DNA of 64,000 nucleotides, taken from NCBI GenBank assembly GCA_043749225.1, contig JAYVEP010000123.1, positions 4,413 through 68,412 of the forward strand, given 5' to 3'. The DNA comes from Acidobacteriaceae bacterium. Its GTDB lineage: Bacteria; Acidobacteriota; Terriglobia; Terriglobales; Acidobacteriaceae. A program made the position numbers and the translations under genes. Below are positions 9,262 through 18,800 of this stretch, piece by piece. Under the pieces are notes generated by a model, which was not told the DNA's origin, made no database searches, and saw nothing but the letters and a program-made list of their open reading frames with translations. The stretch's first letter is position 1. Each line of letters starts with the position of its first letter.

Positions 9262-10107
9262 CTATAGAAATGAAACAGAACTGTCTGCAGGTGTTTCGGG
9301 CGGGATTTCTGCGGGCATCCTTATTCTGTACCAGAGAACGATGGCGACTAGCGAAAAGACGAAAATTACTGTTGAAATGGCATTGATTTCTGGAGTGATG
9401 CCGCGGCGTAAACGGCCCCAGATTTCGAGGGGCAGTGTATTGTCGCGGCCAATGAGGAAAAAGCTGACTGCAATTTCGTCCATGGAGAGGGTGAAGATCA
9501 GCAATGCAGCCCCAATGATGGGAAGTTTTAGATTCGGAAGAGTGATTCGCCAGAAGGTTTGCCAGTAATTAGCGCCAAGATCGAGAGATGCCTCTTCTTG
9601 CGCCCGATCTAGCTTCTGTAAACCGGCAAAGACTTCTGTTGTTGCTACTGAAATTAGCGCAGTGCCATGGCCCAGAATAATTGTCAGTAGGCTTAGCTTG
9701 ACCTGCGCGACATTGACCAGCATTAGAATCGAAAGGCCTGTGATGATTCCAGGCAGGATGAGCGGCAGCAGCACCAGCCTGCGAAAAATGCTTTTGCCGG
9801 GGAAATCGGCGCGATCCAACGCTAGCGCCGCTGGAATTCCAAAAGCGAGAGCAATCGCAACCGCCGCAGCCGCAACGATCAGGCTGTTCTGAACAGAAAC
9901 CCAGATGGGGTCGTCTTGCCAAAGAATGCGGTACCAGTTCAATGTGAGATTACGCGGAGGGAATCCTCCTACGCCTGCGCCGTTGAATGAATACACGATG
10001 AGCGTAACGATGGGCAGATACAAAAACGCATAGACGGCGACCGCATGCACCGACAACCAGCGTGAATTCTGAGAGGCACGGACTTCGGAACTCACGTGTA
10101 GCTCCAT
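9262..10107 (-). CDS. ABC transporter permease (PotC/PotI-like)
   Basis: It is a six-TM binding-protein-dependent permease. It overlaps the upstream permease by 16 nt. Confidence 0.9.
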   Translation of the reverse strand: MELHVSSEVRASQNSRWLSVHAVAVYAFLYLPIVTLIVYSFNGAGVGGFPPRNLTLNWYRILWQDDPIWVSVQNSLIVAAAAVAIALAFGIPAALALDRADFPGKSIFRRLVLLPLILPGIITGLSILMLVNVAQVKLSLLTIILGHGTALISVATTEVFAGLQKLDRAQEEASLDLGANYWQTFWRITLPNLKLPIIGAALLIFTLSMDEIAVSFFLIGRDNTLPLEIWGRLRRGITPEINAISTVIFVFSLVAIVLWYRIRMPAEIPPETPADSSVSFL

Positions 10108-10937
10108 TTCTTCTCAAGACGTTCCGCCATCGCCAACAGTGAAACAACTAACACTAAAATGCAGAATGAAATCGCTGCTCCGAGCGGCCAATTAAAAGCT
10201 GCGCCGAATAGGCTGACGACGATGTTCGAAATCATAATGCCGCTAGGCCCGCCCAGAAGCTGCGGGGCTAAGAAATCGCCGAGGCTGAGCACGAAGGCGA
10301 ACGTCGCTCCGGCAATCATTCCAGGAACGGAAAGAGGGAAGATGACTCGCCAGAATGTCTGCACGGGAGAAGCGCCAAGGTCGTGCGACGCCTCGACGAG
10401 ATTGCGTGGGATGTGCTCCATCGCTGCGTAAATCGGCAATACTACGAATGGCGTATAGATGTGGGTCAAAGTAAGAACTACCGCGAACGGGCTGTAAAGA
10501 AGCGAATCCACGGGGTGCTGCGTAATGTGAAAAAACTGCAGCAGCGTATTCAGAACACCGTCGGTTCCCAGAATTGTCTTCCACGCGTATGCGCGGACGA
10601 GATAGCTCACCCAGAGCGGAATTATGACGAGTTGGTAAAAGAGATTCTTGCGGGCGCCTGCGTAGAACGATAAAAAGTAGGCCAGCGGATACCCTAGCAA
10701 CAGCGCGGCGATCGTAACCCGTGCGGCAATCCACATCGAGCGGAAGAGAGTCGTGCGATAAACATCTTTTGTGATCAGTTCGCCATAATTGCTGAGACTC
10801 CATTGATGAACGACGTTCCCGCCAGCTACGACCCAGAAGCTATAGCAAAACATCAGCATGTAAGGCACGAGCAGGAACAGGGTGACCCATAGTAAAGGAG
10901 GAAGGCTGACCGCAGCCTTGTAGGCTCGCGAAAACAT
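10092..10937 (-). CDS. ABC transporter permease (PotB/PotH-like)
   Basis: It is a six-TM permease. Its start overlaps the ATPase stop by 1 nt. Confidence 0.9.
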   Translation of the reverse strand: MFSRAYKAAVSLPPLLWVTLFLLVPYMLMFCYSFWVVAGGNVVHQWSLSNYGELITKDVYRTTLFRSMWIAARVTIAALLLGYPLAYFLSFYAGARKNLFYQLVIIPLWVSYLVRAYAWKTILGTDGVLNTLLQFFHITQHPVDSLLYSPFAVVLTLTHIYTPFVVLPIYAAMEHIPRNLVEASHDLGASPVQTFWRVIFPLSVPGMIAGATFAFVLSLGDFLAPQLLGGPSGIMISNIVVSLFGAAFNWPLGAAISFCILVLVVSLLAMAERLEKKWSYT

Positions 10938-11980
10938 TACGCAGCCTCCGGATCGCGAACTGGGACTGCATCCTGTGGAGAGAATTCCAGTTGCAGCGTG
11001 CTGGACATTCCTTGAGCGTTGAGTCCAGCAACGCGAACCGAGAACACGGTTCCATCGGATGACTGTGCGCGTAGCAATTCTGTGGCTCCGTGGAAAGCCT
11101 GGTTCAGGAGCTTTCCTTCAAAGCGTACTGCGGCGCTCGCTGAGCCTGCAGCGATGCGAATATTCTCCGGACGCACTGAAAAAGCGCACGGGCCGTCGGC
11201 GAGAGTGACTGACCATGAGAGCGAGCCGCAATGTGCGAAGCCTTTCTCGACCCTTCCCCGAAGCAAGTTTGTGTGTCCGATAAACTGCGCTACGTATGCC
11301 GTTGCAGGCCGATTGTAAATTTCACGCGGCGCGGCGATCTGTTCCAAATTTCCGGCCCGCAGGAGTGCGACGCGGTCTGACATAACCATCGCTTCTTCTT
11401 GGTCATGCGTGACAAAAACAAAGGCAATTCCGACCTCACGTTGAAGGGTTTTCAGCTCAATCTGCATCTGCCGTCGCAGATTGGCGTCCAGCGCCGAAAG
11501 CGGTTCGTCGAGCAGCAATAGCTTTGGGCGATTTACCAAAGCTCGCGCCAATGCAACGCGTTGCTGCTGCCCGCCAGAGATTTTCGAAGGCTTCTTCTTC
11601 GCGTGAGTCGTCATCTTCACCATCGCGAGCGCTTCCTCGACGCGCGCAGCGGCTTCCGCCTTAGGCACACTCGCGATGTGCAGGCCATAGCCCACGTTCG
11701 CTTCAATCGTCATGTGAGGGAAGAGAGCGTAGTGCTGGAAGACGGTATTCACGCGCCGTTTGTAGGGAGGGAGCGCGTCCAGTCGTTCGCCGTCCATCCA
11801 AAGCTCGCCGGATGTTGCCTGCTCAAATCCAGCGATGATGCGCAACAGCGTGGTTTTGCCAGAGCCGGATTCGCCCAAGATGGTGAGGAATTCGCCTTCG
11901 GCGACTTCAAGTGAGATGTCGCGCAGCACCTGCGTCTTGCCGAAGCTTTTGGCGACGTTGCGAACGGAGAGGAGGGCCAT
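10937..11980 (-). CDS. ABC transporter ATP-binding protein (PotA-like, with TOBE-type C-terminal domain)
   Basis: Walker A GESGSGKTT, signature LSGGQQQRVALARAL and Walker B LLLLDEPLSALD are all present. Confidence 0.9.
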   Translation of the reverse strand: MALLSVRNVAKSFGKTQVLRDISLEVAEGEFLTILGESGSGKTTLLRIIAGFEQATSGELWMDGERLDALPPYKRRVNTVFQHYALFPHMTIEANVGYGLHIASVPKAEAAARVEEALAMVKMTTHAKKKPSKISGGQQQRVALARALVNRPKLLLLDEPLSALDANLRRQMQIELKTLQREVGIAFVFVTHDQEEAMVMSDRVALLRAGNLEQIAAPREIYNRPATAYVAQFIGHTNLLRGRVEKGFAHCGSLSWSVTLADGPCAFSVRPENIRIAAGSASAAVRFEGKLLNQAFHGATELLRAQSSDGTVFSVRVAGLNAQGMSSTLQLEFSPQDAVPVRDPEAA

Positions 11981-11987
11981 GCGGGGC

Positions 11988-13046
11988 CTACTGTGCCGCT
12001 TTCACTTCGTTCCAAATTTCGTTGTATTTGCTTCGTCGTGGCACATTTTGCCAAAAGTAAATGCGTTGCTGATACTTGTCGACTTCGTCCAAGTGCAGGT
12101 TCTTCTTCTCATCGGCGGTCATGAACTGTCCAGCTTGCGGATTTGCCGGCGTATAGCCGGTGACATCCGTGATCTTCTTTTGCGTTTGTGCTTGAATCAT
12201 GAATTCCAGGAACTTGTGCGCCAGCTCTTTGTTTTCACTAGCGGAAGTAATCATCAAGTGGTCCATCCACCCGGTCGTATTTTCTTTCGGAATGGTTTCA
12301 CCGACTGGAAACCCGCCTTTACGAAGCTGGTTGGTCATCAGTGGCCAGCCCATGGCGGCGACGACTTCATGATTTTGGAACAAGTTTGTGAGCTCACCGC
12401 CGGTGGACCACATTTTGCGGACGTTGGGCTTCAACTCCAGCAGTTTCTTCTTCACTGCCTCGAGTTGCTCGTCATTCAGGTTGTAGAGCTGGTCTTGATT
12501 CGGCTTGTCGTAGCCCAATATCTGAGCCGCCATATAGACCGTGGAAAGATCATCCCAAACCGAAATTTTGCCTTTGTACTTTGCATCCCAGAGCACGCTC
12601 CAACTTTCTGGAGGCGTTGGGAACACGGTAGAATCGTAGATAAGGGGATCCGGCCCCCACATGAATGGCACGCCATAGACTTGCCCGTTTACCCGCACAA
12701 GCGGCAGAGATGTAAGCTTCGGAGAGAGCTGGTTGTAAGAAGGAATCTTGGTCAGGTCGAGCGGAGCTGCCAACCCGTTCGCTGCGATCATGGTGGCCAC
12801 GTCGCTGGATGGAGAAATCACATCATAGTTCGAGGCGCCGCCGCCGCGCAGTTTTGCAACCAACTCATCACTTGATCCCATGTAGGAGGCGGAGATTTTA
12901 CAGCCGTTCTGTTCTTCGAACGCCTTCACGTAGGATGCATCGGCATAGCCCTCCCATACCAGCAAATTCAGGTTGGGCGTTTTCTTTGCGCAAGATCCTA
13001 AAACAAGAATTGCTGTCAACGGTAGAATTGTGAGCCATCGCTTCAT
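11988..13046 (-). CDS. Periplasmic/lipoprotein solute-binding protein, spermidine/putrescine (PotD/PotF) family
   Basis: It has the lipobox LVLGSC and a PotD/F-like N-terminal pattern (LNLLVWEGYAD...). It sits directly upstream of the PotABC-like genes. Confidence 0.85.
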   Translation of the reverse strand: MKRWLTILPLTAILVLGSCAKKTPNLNLLVWEGYADASYVKAFEEQNGCKISASYMGSSDELVAKLRGGGASNYDVISPSSDVATMIAANGLAAPLDLTKIPSYNQLSPKLTSLPLVRVNGQVYGVPFMWGPDPLIYDSTVFPTPPESWSVLWDAKYKGKISVWDDLSTVYMAAQILGYDKPNQDQLYNLNDEQLEAVKKKLLELKPNVRKMWSTGGELTNLFQNHEVVAAMGWPLMTNQLRKGGFPVGETIPKENTTGWMDHLMITSASENKELAHKFLEFMIQAQTQKKITDVTGYTPANPQAGQFMTADEKKNLHLDEVDKYQQRIYFWQNVPRRSKYNEIWNEVKAAQ

Positions 13047-14791
13047 TTGGAATTCCCCTTAGTCGCGCCTGCCATCTCGGGCGTCTGGTACACGATCTTT
13101 CCTCCAACCATCGTTAGGAGGACATTGGTCTTATGAATGTCTCTCGGAGCGATCTTGAAGAGGTCTTGATCCAGAATAATAAGGTCCGCCAATTTGCCTT
13201 TTTCGAGGGACCCTTCTGATGCTTCCCGATGGCCTGCGAAGGCCGCACCTAGGGTGTAACCTTCTATGGCTTGTTCCAAAGTTACTCGCTCGCTGGGCAC
13301 CCATCCTCCTGCAGGTGTGCCGTCCCGTTTCTGACGCGTGATGGCATTCTGAACTCCATGCCATGGATTCAAAGTGACGACGGGCCAGTCGCTACCGAAT
13401 GCGAGGCGGCCACCGCTTTTGGCGACACTCTGCCACGCCCACGCACGGGAAGCCCGATCCGGCCCAGCATTCACCGCCCAGACTTTTAGTGTGTCGTCAT
13501 CTGGATAAGAGTGTAGCGGCTGAAAGCTTGCCACCACGCCAAGTTTGCCAAAACGTGGAATATCGGTCGCGGTAATCGTTTCAATATGCTCGATCTTATG
13601 GCGCATATCCTGCGTGTGATTCGCCATCGCAGCGCCTTCATATGCGTCCAATGCCAGTCTCACGGCACTCGTACCGATAGAGTGAGTCATGACCTGAATG
13701 CCACGTTTGTCGAGCTCAGCAACCGCCTGTTTATATTTTGTGGGATCCCAAAAGAGTTTGCCGCTTTGTGTCGGATCGTCCGAATACGGTTCGAGCATGG
13801 CCGCTGTGTGTGACTCGACTACGCCATCAAGCATCGTTTTTACCAAGCCGCCTTCGATCCAGTCGTCGTGATAGATGCGCCGAGCCTCTTCTATTTTGTC
13901 GAGCGCATCTTTCGTTAGTTCGGGTGGATTGAGGAAGTATGCAATATACTGCCGGATCGTGAGTTGGCCTTGCTTGCGAAGTTCGTCATAGAGGTCAAGG
14001 TATTCAAAGTCCCCTCCGGCACTATGCACTCGCGTAAGGCCTACACGATTGGCTTCGTGGAGCCCAGCGCGGAGTGCTGCCATGCGTTCTTCGCGCCTCG
14101 GTTTCGGCGTGAGTTTGCCCACAAGGTCGCCCGCGCTTTCCTTCAGCGCTCCTGTTGGCTCGCCGTTTTTATCTTTGACGATAGTTCCGTTCGGTGGATT
14201 CGGTGTGTCCTTAGTTATTCCGGCTAGAGCCAGGGCTTTGCTGTTCGCCCAAGTCGTGTGGCCGTCGTACGCATCCAGAAGGATGGGGCGGTTTGGCTCG
14301 ATTTCATCCAGCAACTTCTTGTGCGGCAGCGCCGAAGGTCCAAATACCGGATACTGCCAACCCATGCCAAGTATCCAGGGTTCATTGGTATGTGCGGCGG
14401 CGTAGGTTCTTACGCGCTCCTGAATCTCGGCGACACTCTCCATGCCATTCAAGTCGACATGCTGCAAACCTAGCGAGCCCTGCATGAAATGAATGTGGCA
14501 ATCGGTGAATCCAGGCAGCACCAGTTGACCGTGAGCATCAATGACCTGTGTGCTGGGGCCGCGGAATTCGTCGATCTGCTGTTTTGTGCCCACCGCAATA
14601 ATTCTGTCACCGGAAATAGCCAGTGCCTCCGCCCACGGCTGATGCGAGTTGACGGTGTAGATCCGGGCGTTCGTTAGGATAATTGCGGCCTTTTGTGGAC
14701 CGGCGGCGAAGGCCATGCCAGACAAGACCAATAGTGTTATCGAAAAACTAAGCATCCAACTACTCGCTACATGCCTTCGTGTCACGGGCAT
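13043..14791 (-). CDS. Exported metal-dependent amidohydrolase (amidohydrolase_3 / YtcJ-like)
   Basis: It has an N-terminal signal/anchor (WMLSFSITLLVLSGMAFAAG) and the metal-binding motif FTDCHIHFMQG. The C-terminal region GSLEKGKLADLIILDQD is also present. It overlaps the binding-protein gene start by 4 bp. Confidence 0.85.
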   Translation of the reverse strand: MPVTRRHVASSWMLSFSITLLVLSGMAFAAGPQKAAIILTNARIYTVNSHQPWAEALAISGDRIIAVGTKQQIDEFRGPSTQVIDAHGQLVLPGFTDCHIHFMQGSLGLQHVDLNGMESVAEIQERVRTYAAAHTNEPWILGMGWQYPVFGPSALPHKKLLDEIEPNRPILLDAYDGHTTWANSKALALAGITKDTPNPPNGTIVKDKNGEPTGALKESAGDLVGKLTPKPRREERMAALRAGLHEANRVGLTRVHSAGGDFEYLDLYDELRKQGQLTIRQYIAYFLNPPELTKDALDKIEEARRIYHDDWIEGGLVKTMLDGVVESHTAAMLEPYSDDPTQSGKLFWDPTKYKQAVAELDKRGIQVMTHSIGTSAVRLALDAYEGAAMANHTQDMRHKIEHIETITATDIPRFGKLGVVASFQPLHSYPDDDTLKVWAVNAGPDRASRAWAWQSVAKSGGRLAFGSDWPVVTLNPWHGVQNAITRQKRDGTPAGGWVPSERVTLEQAIEGYTLGAAFAGHREASEGSLEKGKLADLIILDQDLFKIAPRDIHKTNVLLTMVGGKIVYQTPEMAGATKGNSK

Positions 14792-14827
14792 TCCCCTAAA
14801 GTTAGGCTTGACGCACTCAATTTATTT

Positions 14828-15688
14828 TCAGAACGTCGGCGGCGTATTAATCCACAGCACTTGCGCCTCAACCTTGCCGGGGTTCGACCAGTGGTGTGGC
14901 GTCGTGCTCTCAAAATAAAAACTGTCTCCTGGCTTTAGGCGATATTCCTGTTTCTCCAGTGCAATAACAAACTCGCCTCGAAGAACATACAGGAATTCTT
15001 CGCCTTCGTGCGTATAACTTTCTTCGCTGCCCGCGCCTGAAGCTACGCGGAAGAGATGGGCTTCCATCACAGGGTTGCCCACTGCGAGCAGTTCCATGCA
15101 GATTCCAGGTGCTACTTCCAATACTTTGCGCGTCTTAGGGCTGACCAGCGGCGAGTGTGATTCGCTGGGATCGAAGAATTCCAGAATATTAGATTTGTAA
15201 AACTCAGCCAGCTTGCGCAACGTAGTAATAGAGGCGCTCATGTGAGAACGTTCCACGGCGCTCAGAAATCCAACAGAAACATTGATCTTCTTTGCCACTG
15301 CTGCGAGGGAGAGGCCGCGCTTCGATCGCAATTGCCGCAAACGAGCACCGATCGCGCTGGATGTGCCGTCTTTTGGTGCCCGCACTGCCCCTTGACGTTT
15401 CAACAACTGTACAATGGCAGGCGCGTTCAACCCTCGTACTTTCCGAAGATACCGCGCACGCTTCAACAGCTTTACATCTTCGCGCGAGTATAGGCGGTAC
15501 TTGCTTTCGGTGCGCTGCGGACGGGCAAGCCCAAGGCTTTCCCATGCGCGAATCGCCGAAGGCGAAATTCCTACGAGACGCGCCACATCCCCAATTTTCA
15601 GCAAGTCTCCATTTGCCGTGGTGTTGCTATGTTTCTTGGATGACACTCGATCCCAATCTCGCCAGGGGGTGGCGTTTTTTCTTGACAC
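14828..15688 (-). CDS. Three-domain transcriptional regulator: MerR-type HTH + XRE-type HTH + cupin
   Basis: Three regions are recognisable. The MerR-like region is LLKIGDVARLVGISPSAIRAWESLGLARPQRTESKYRLYSREDVKLLKRARYL. The XRE region is IGARLRQLRSKRGLSLAAVAKKINVSVGFLSAVERS. The cupin region is HEGEEFLYVLRGEF...LKPGDSFYFESTTPHHW. The start codon is GTG. Confidence 0.85.
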   Translation of the reverse strand: MSRKNATPWRDWDRVSSKKHSNTTANGDLLKIGDVARLVGISPSAIRAWESLGLARPQRTESKYRLYSREDVKLLKRARYLRKVRGLNAPAIVQLLKRQGAVRAPKDGTSSAIGARLRQLRSKRGLSLAAVAKKINVSVGFLSAVERSHMSASITTLRKLAEFYKSNILEFFDPSESHSPLVSPKTRKVLEVAPGICMELLAVGNPVMEAHLFRVASGAGSEESYTHEGEEFLYVLRGEFVIALEKQEYRLKPGDSFYFESTTPHHWSNPGKVEAQVLWINTPPTF

Positions 15689-15705
15689 GACGTTACAGTT
15701 TCAAT

Positions 15706-15730
15706 AACCTTGCACAATTATAGCAAGGTT
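15706..15730. promoter_or_regulatory. Perfect 8-bp inverted repeat (candidate operator) in the divergent promoter region
   Basis: AACCTTGC-N9-GCAAGGTT lies between the regulator start (15688) and the TonB receptor start (15809). A related TTGCAC-GCAA element follows at 15735-15744. Confidence 0.4.
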
Positions 15731-15808
15731 TGTTTTGCACGCAAGCCTTAGGTTTTGGATTAAAAATCTGTTCAACCAGACTTGGTTGGTTCCGTTCGGA
15801 GGGTTCCG

Positions 15809-18800
15809 ATGCGCGCTTCCCGTATGCGCCGCGCTTGTGCGTGGCTAATTTTCTCTTTCCTACTGACATCTACCGCCAACATTCTCGCTCAGAGTACCGG
15901 TGGTCGTATCACCGGTACTGTCGGTGATCCGTCCGGAGCGATCGTTCCCGGAGTGAAGGTAGCTCTCATCAACGAAGCCAGCGGCGTCAACCGCGACACA
16001 GTGACGGACGCGAGTGGTGGCTATGTGTTCCCGGAAGTTCCAGTCGGAGCATATCGCTTGGAGTTCGACAGCGCCGGTTTTAAGAAGAACATTCGGCGTG
16101 GCGTGACGCTGCAACTCAGTCAGGTCATCACTCTGAATATGACGATGCAGTTGGGCGAAACAAGAGAGATCGTCGACGTAACTTCGGAAGCGCCGCTTGT
16201 CGATACCAGCAGCACGCAACTTGGCGCGGTGATTAATGATCGTTCCATTACCCAGTTGCCGTTGAACTCTCGCAATACATATCAGTTTTTGTCGTTACAA
16301 CCTGGTGTGCAATCCACGGTTGGCGCTGATCTCTATGCCGGAAGCGGCGATGCGGGAAGTGTTTCCGTCAACGGCGGCCGCGGCCGTGCCAATAATTTCA
16401 GTGTGAACGGCGGCGACGCCAATGACTTATTCACAAACTCACCAACCGTGCAGCCGAGCCCCGATAGCGTGGAGGAGTTCCGCGTCTTAACCAATGCGTT
16501 CGACGCCGAATCCGGGCGTAACTCAGGTTCTGTGATTAACGTGGTCACTAAATCTGGCGGAAATCAGTTTCACGGCAATGCTTTTGAGTTCTTGCGAAAC
16601 AAGGTGCTGAACGCTAAAGGATATTTTGAGCCCAGCAAAGCGAAGTACAACCAGAATCAGTTTGGTGGGACGTTTGGCGGGCCAATTCGTAAGGACCATA
16701 CCTTCTTTTTTGCATCGTACGAAGGCAATCGGGTGAGGCAGGGGCAGGCGGGTGATACGGTTACGGTTCCGACAACCGCCGAACGGACGGGAGACTTCGC
16801 AGGAGCGGCATTTAACGGGTTCATCACGGATGATTTTGTGGCCCAAACCTTGAACGGTCGGCCAGGCTGCACTGCGGCACTCGGCGGAGCAATTCCTTTG
16901 CCTTCAGCGAGTGGAGGCTCGGTAGCCTGGGGGAGTGTTTTCCCGACCAGTGTCATTCCAACAGAATGCCAAGATCCAGTTGCAGTGGATCTACTCCGCT
17001 TTGTACCGAATGCTAACGGGAGTGATGGGTCATCCTACTCAGCCGTTTTGAACGGCAAGACTCGCCGCGACCAAGCGACACTGAAAATCGATCACCGGAT
17101 CAACGACAAGCAGAATTTTTCAGCGTACTACTATTTCCAGGATGAGAAACGATTTGACCCATACAACTTCTTTCAGGCTGCCGGTGCCAATGTGCCAGGC
17201 TTTGGTGCGAATACAGCGAGCCGCTTTCAGCAAATCAACCTGAGCCATACCTGGACGTTATCGAATTCGATCGTGAATGAATTTCGTTTCAACTACAACC
17301 GCGAGGGCCAGCGCACGTTGAACCACCCGGAGAAGACGAATCTCGTGACAGATTCGTGCAGTTCGGCCGCTTCGGCATTCTGTTTTACGGGCACGTCGGA
17401 TTCGAATTTCATTACCAGTACGCTGGGCACAAACCCCAAGTTTGGTATTACGCCGGGTCTCGGCGCGGGACTCGAAGGCGTACCTGACGTCTCAATCGGC
17501 GGTGGCTTCGTTATTGGAAATAACTTCGAAGGTGAGTTACCCCAGGTAGGCAACTCCTTCCAATGGACCGACAGCCTAACGATTGTGAAGGGTAAGCACA
17601 CCATTAAGTTCGGTGGCGATGTTCGGCGACAGCGTTTTGACCAGTTTCTCGTTTTCGAGAACAGCGGCTACTTCCAGTATTTTGGCGGTGGTCCTAACGA
17701 CGTGGGGGGTAGCAATCTTTATCCGAACTACCTTCTTGGCTTGCCGGATCAATATCAGCAGGGTTCAGCGCAACAAGAGCACGTGCGCAGTTCTGCGCTG
17801 TATTTGTTCGCACAGGACGCCTGGAAGGTAACGAAACGGCTGACCTTGAACTATGGCTTGCGTTGGGAGCTGAATACTCCACAGAAGGATATTGGAGGAC
17901 GGGTTCAAACGTTCCGTCCGGGACAGAGTACGTCCATCTATCCGTGCTTGAATACCGGTAGCAATGATTGCGCTTCCGCGTTCCCTACGGGCCTTGTGTT
18001 TCCGGGAGATAAGGGCATTCCGGCTGGACTTACATCGACCTACTACAAGGCCTTCGCGCCACGAATCGGCCTTGCGTGGGATCCCCGTGGTGACGGTAAG
18101 ACCAGCATTCGAGGCGGGTGGGGATTGTTTTACAACCCGATCGAGCAATTGGTGCTGGAGCAGTTCAGCGCCGAGCCGCCTTTCGGCGTGAGCTTAACGG
18201 CCGCGAACACGTTGTTCAACACGCCCTACATCAATCAGCGAGGTAACGTCACTCCGAACGGCGCGAATGGAGTATTGAGCCCCAAGCCCGGCAGTGCAGT
18301 GGATTGGTCGCTGTTCCGTCCAATCCTGTTGTTCGGCGAATTTCAGCCACACATGCGGACGCAGTACGCAGCTCAATACAACTTCAACATTCAACACGAG
18401 TTAATGAAGGATTTGAACTTGCAGGTCGGCTACGTTGGGTCACAGGGACACCGACTGCTGGCTAGCTATGACATCAATGCTACGACTCCACAAACTTGCC
18501 AACAGCTGAACAGCATCTTGGGATCCGGCACTTGCGGACCATTTGGTGAGGACAGCACCTACTTGATTCCGGCTGGAACGGTACTCAATACGAATTTGGA
18601 CCTGCCATACGGAGCAAATCGACATTTTGCGAGCGGGACGACGGTGGGGGCAAATGGTATTACTTTGGTTGGCCTCCGTCCTTTCTCTTCGCCGAATTGT
18701 GAGCCAACAACTGGGGTTGGGTGCCCGCAAGACGGAACACCCGTGTTGTCCAATATTTTTGCGGAAAATACGATTGCAGCGTCTAACTACAATTCGCTGC

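Noticed and set aside
11835-12875. 346-aa plus-strand ORF
   Set aside because: It is antisense to the PotA/PotD-like genes and has no motifs.
15682-15687. Consensus TTGACA hexamer near the divergent promoter
   Set aside because: No acceptable -10 element lies at 16-19 bp spacing, and the hexamer sits within the first codons of the regulator gene. I did not call it a promoter.
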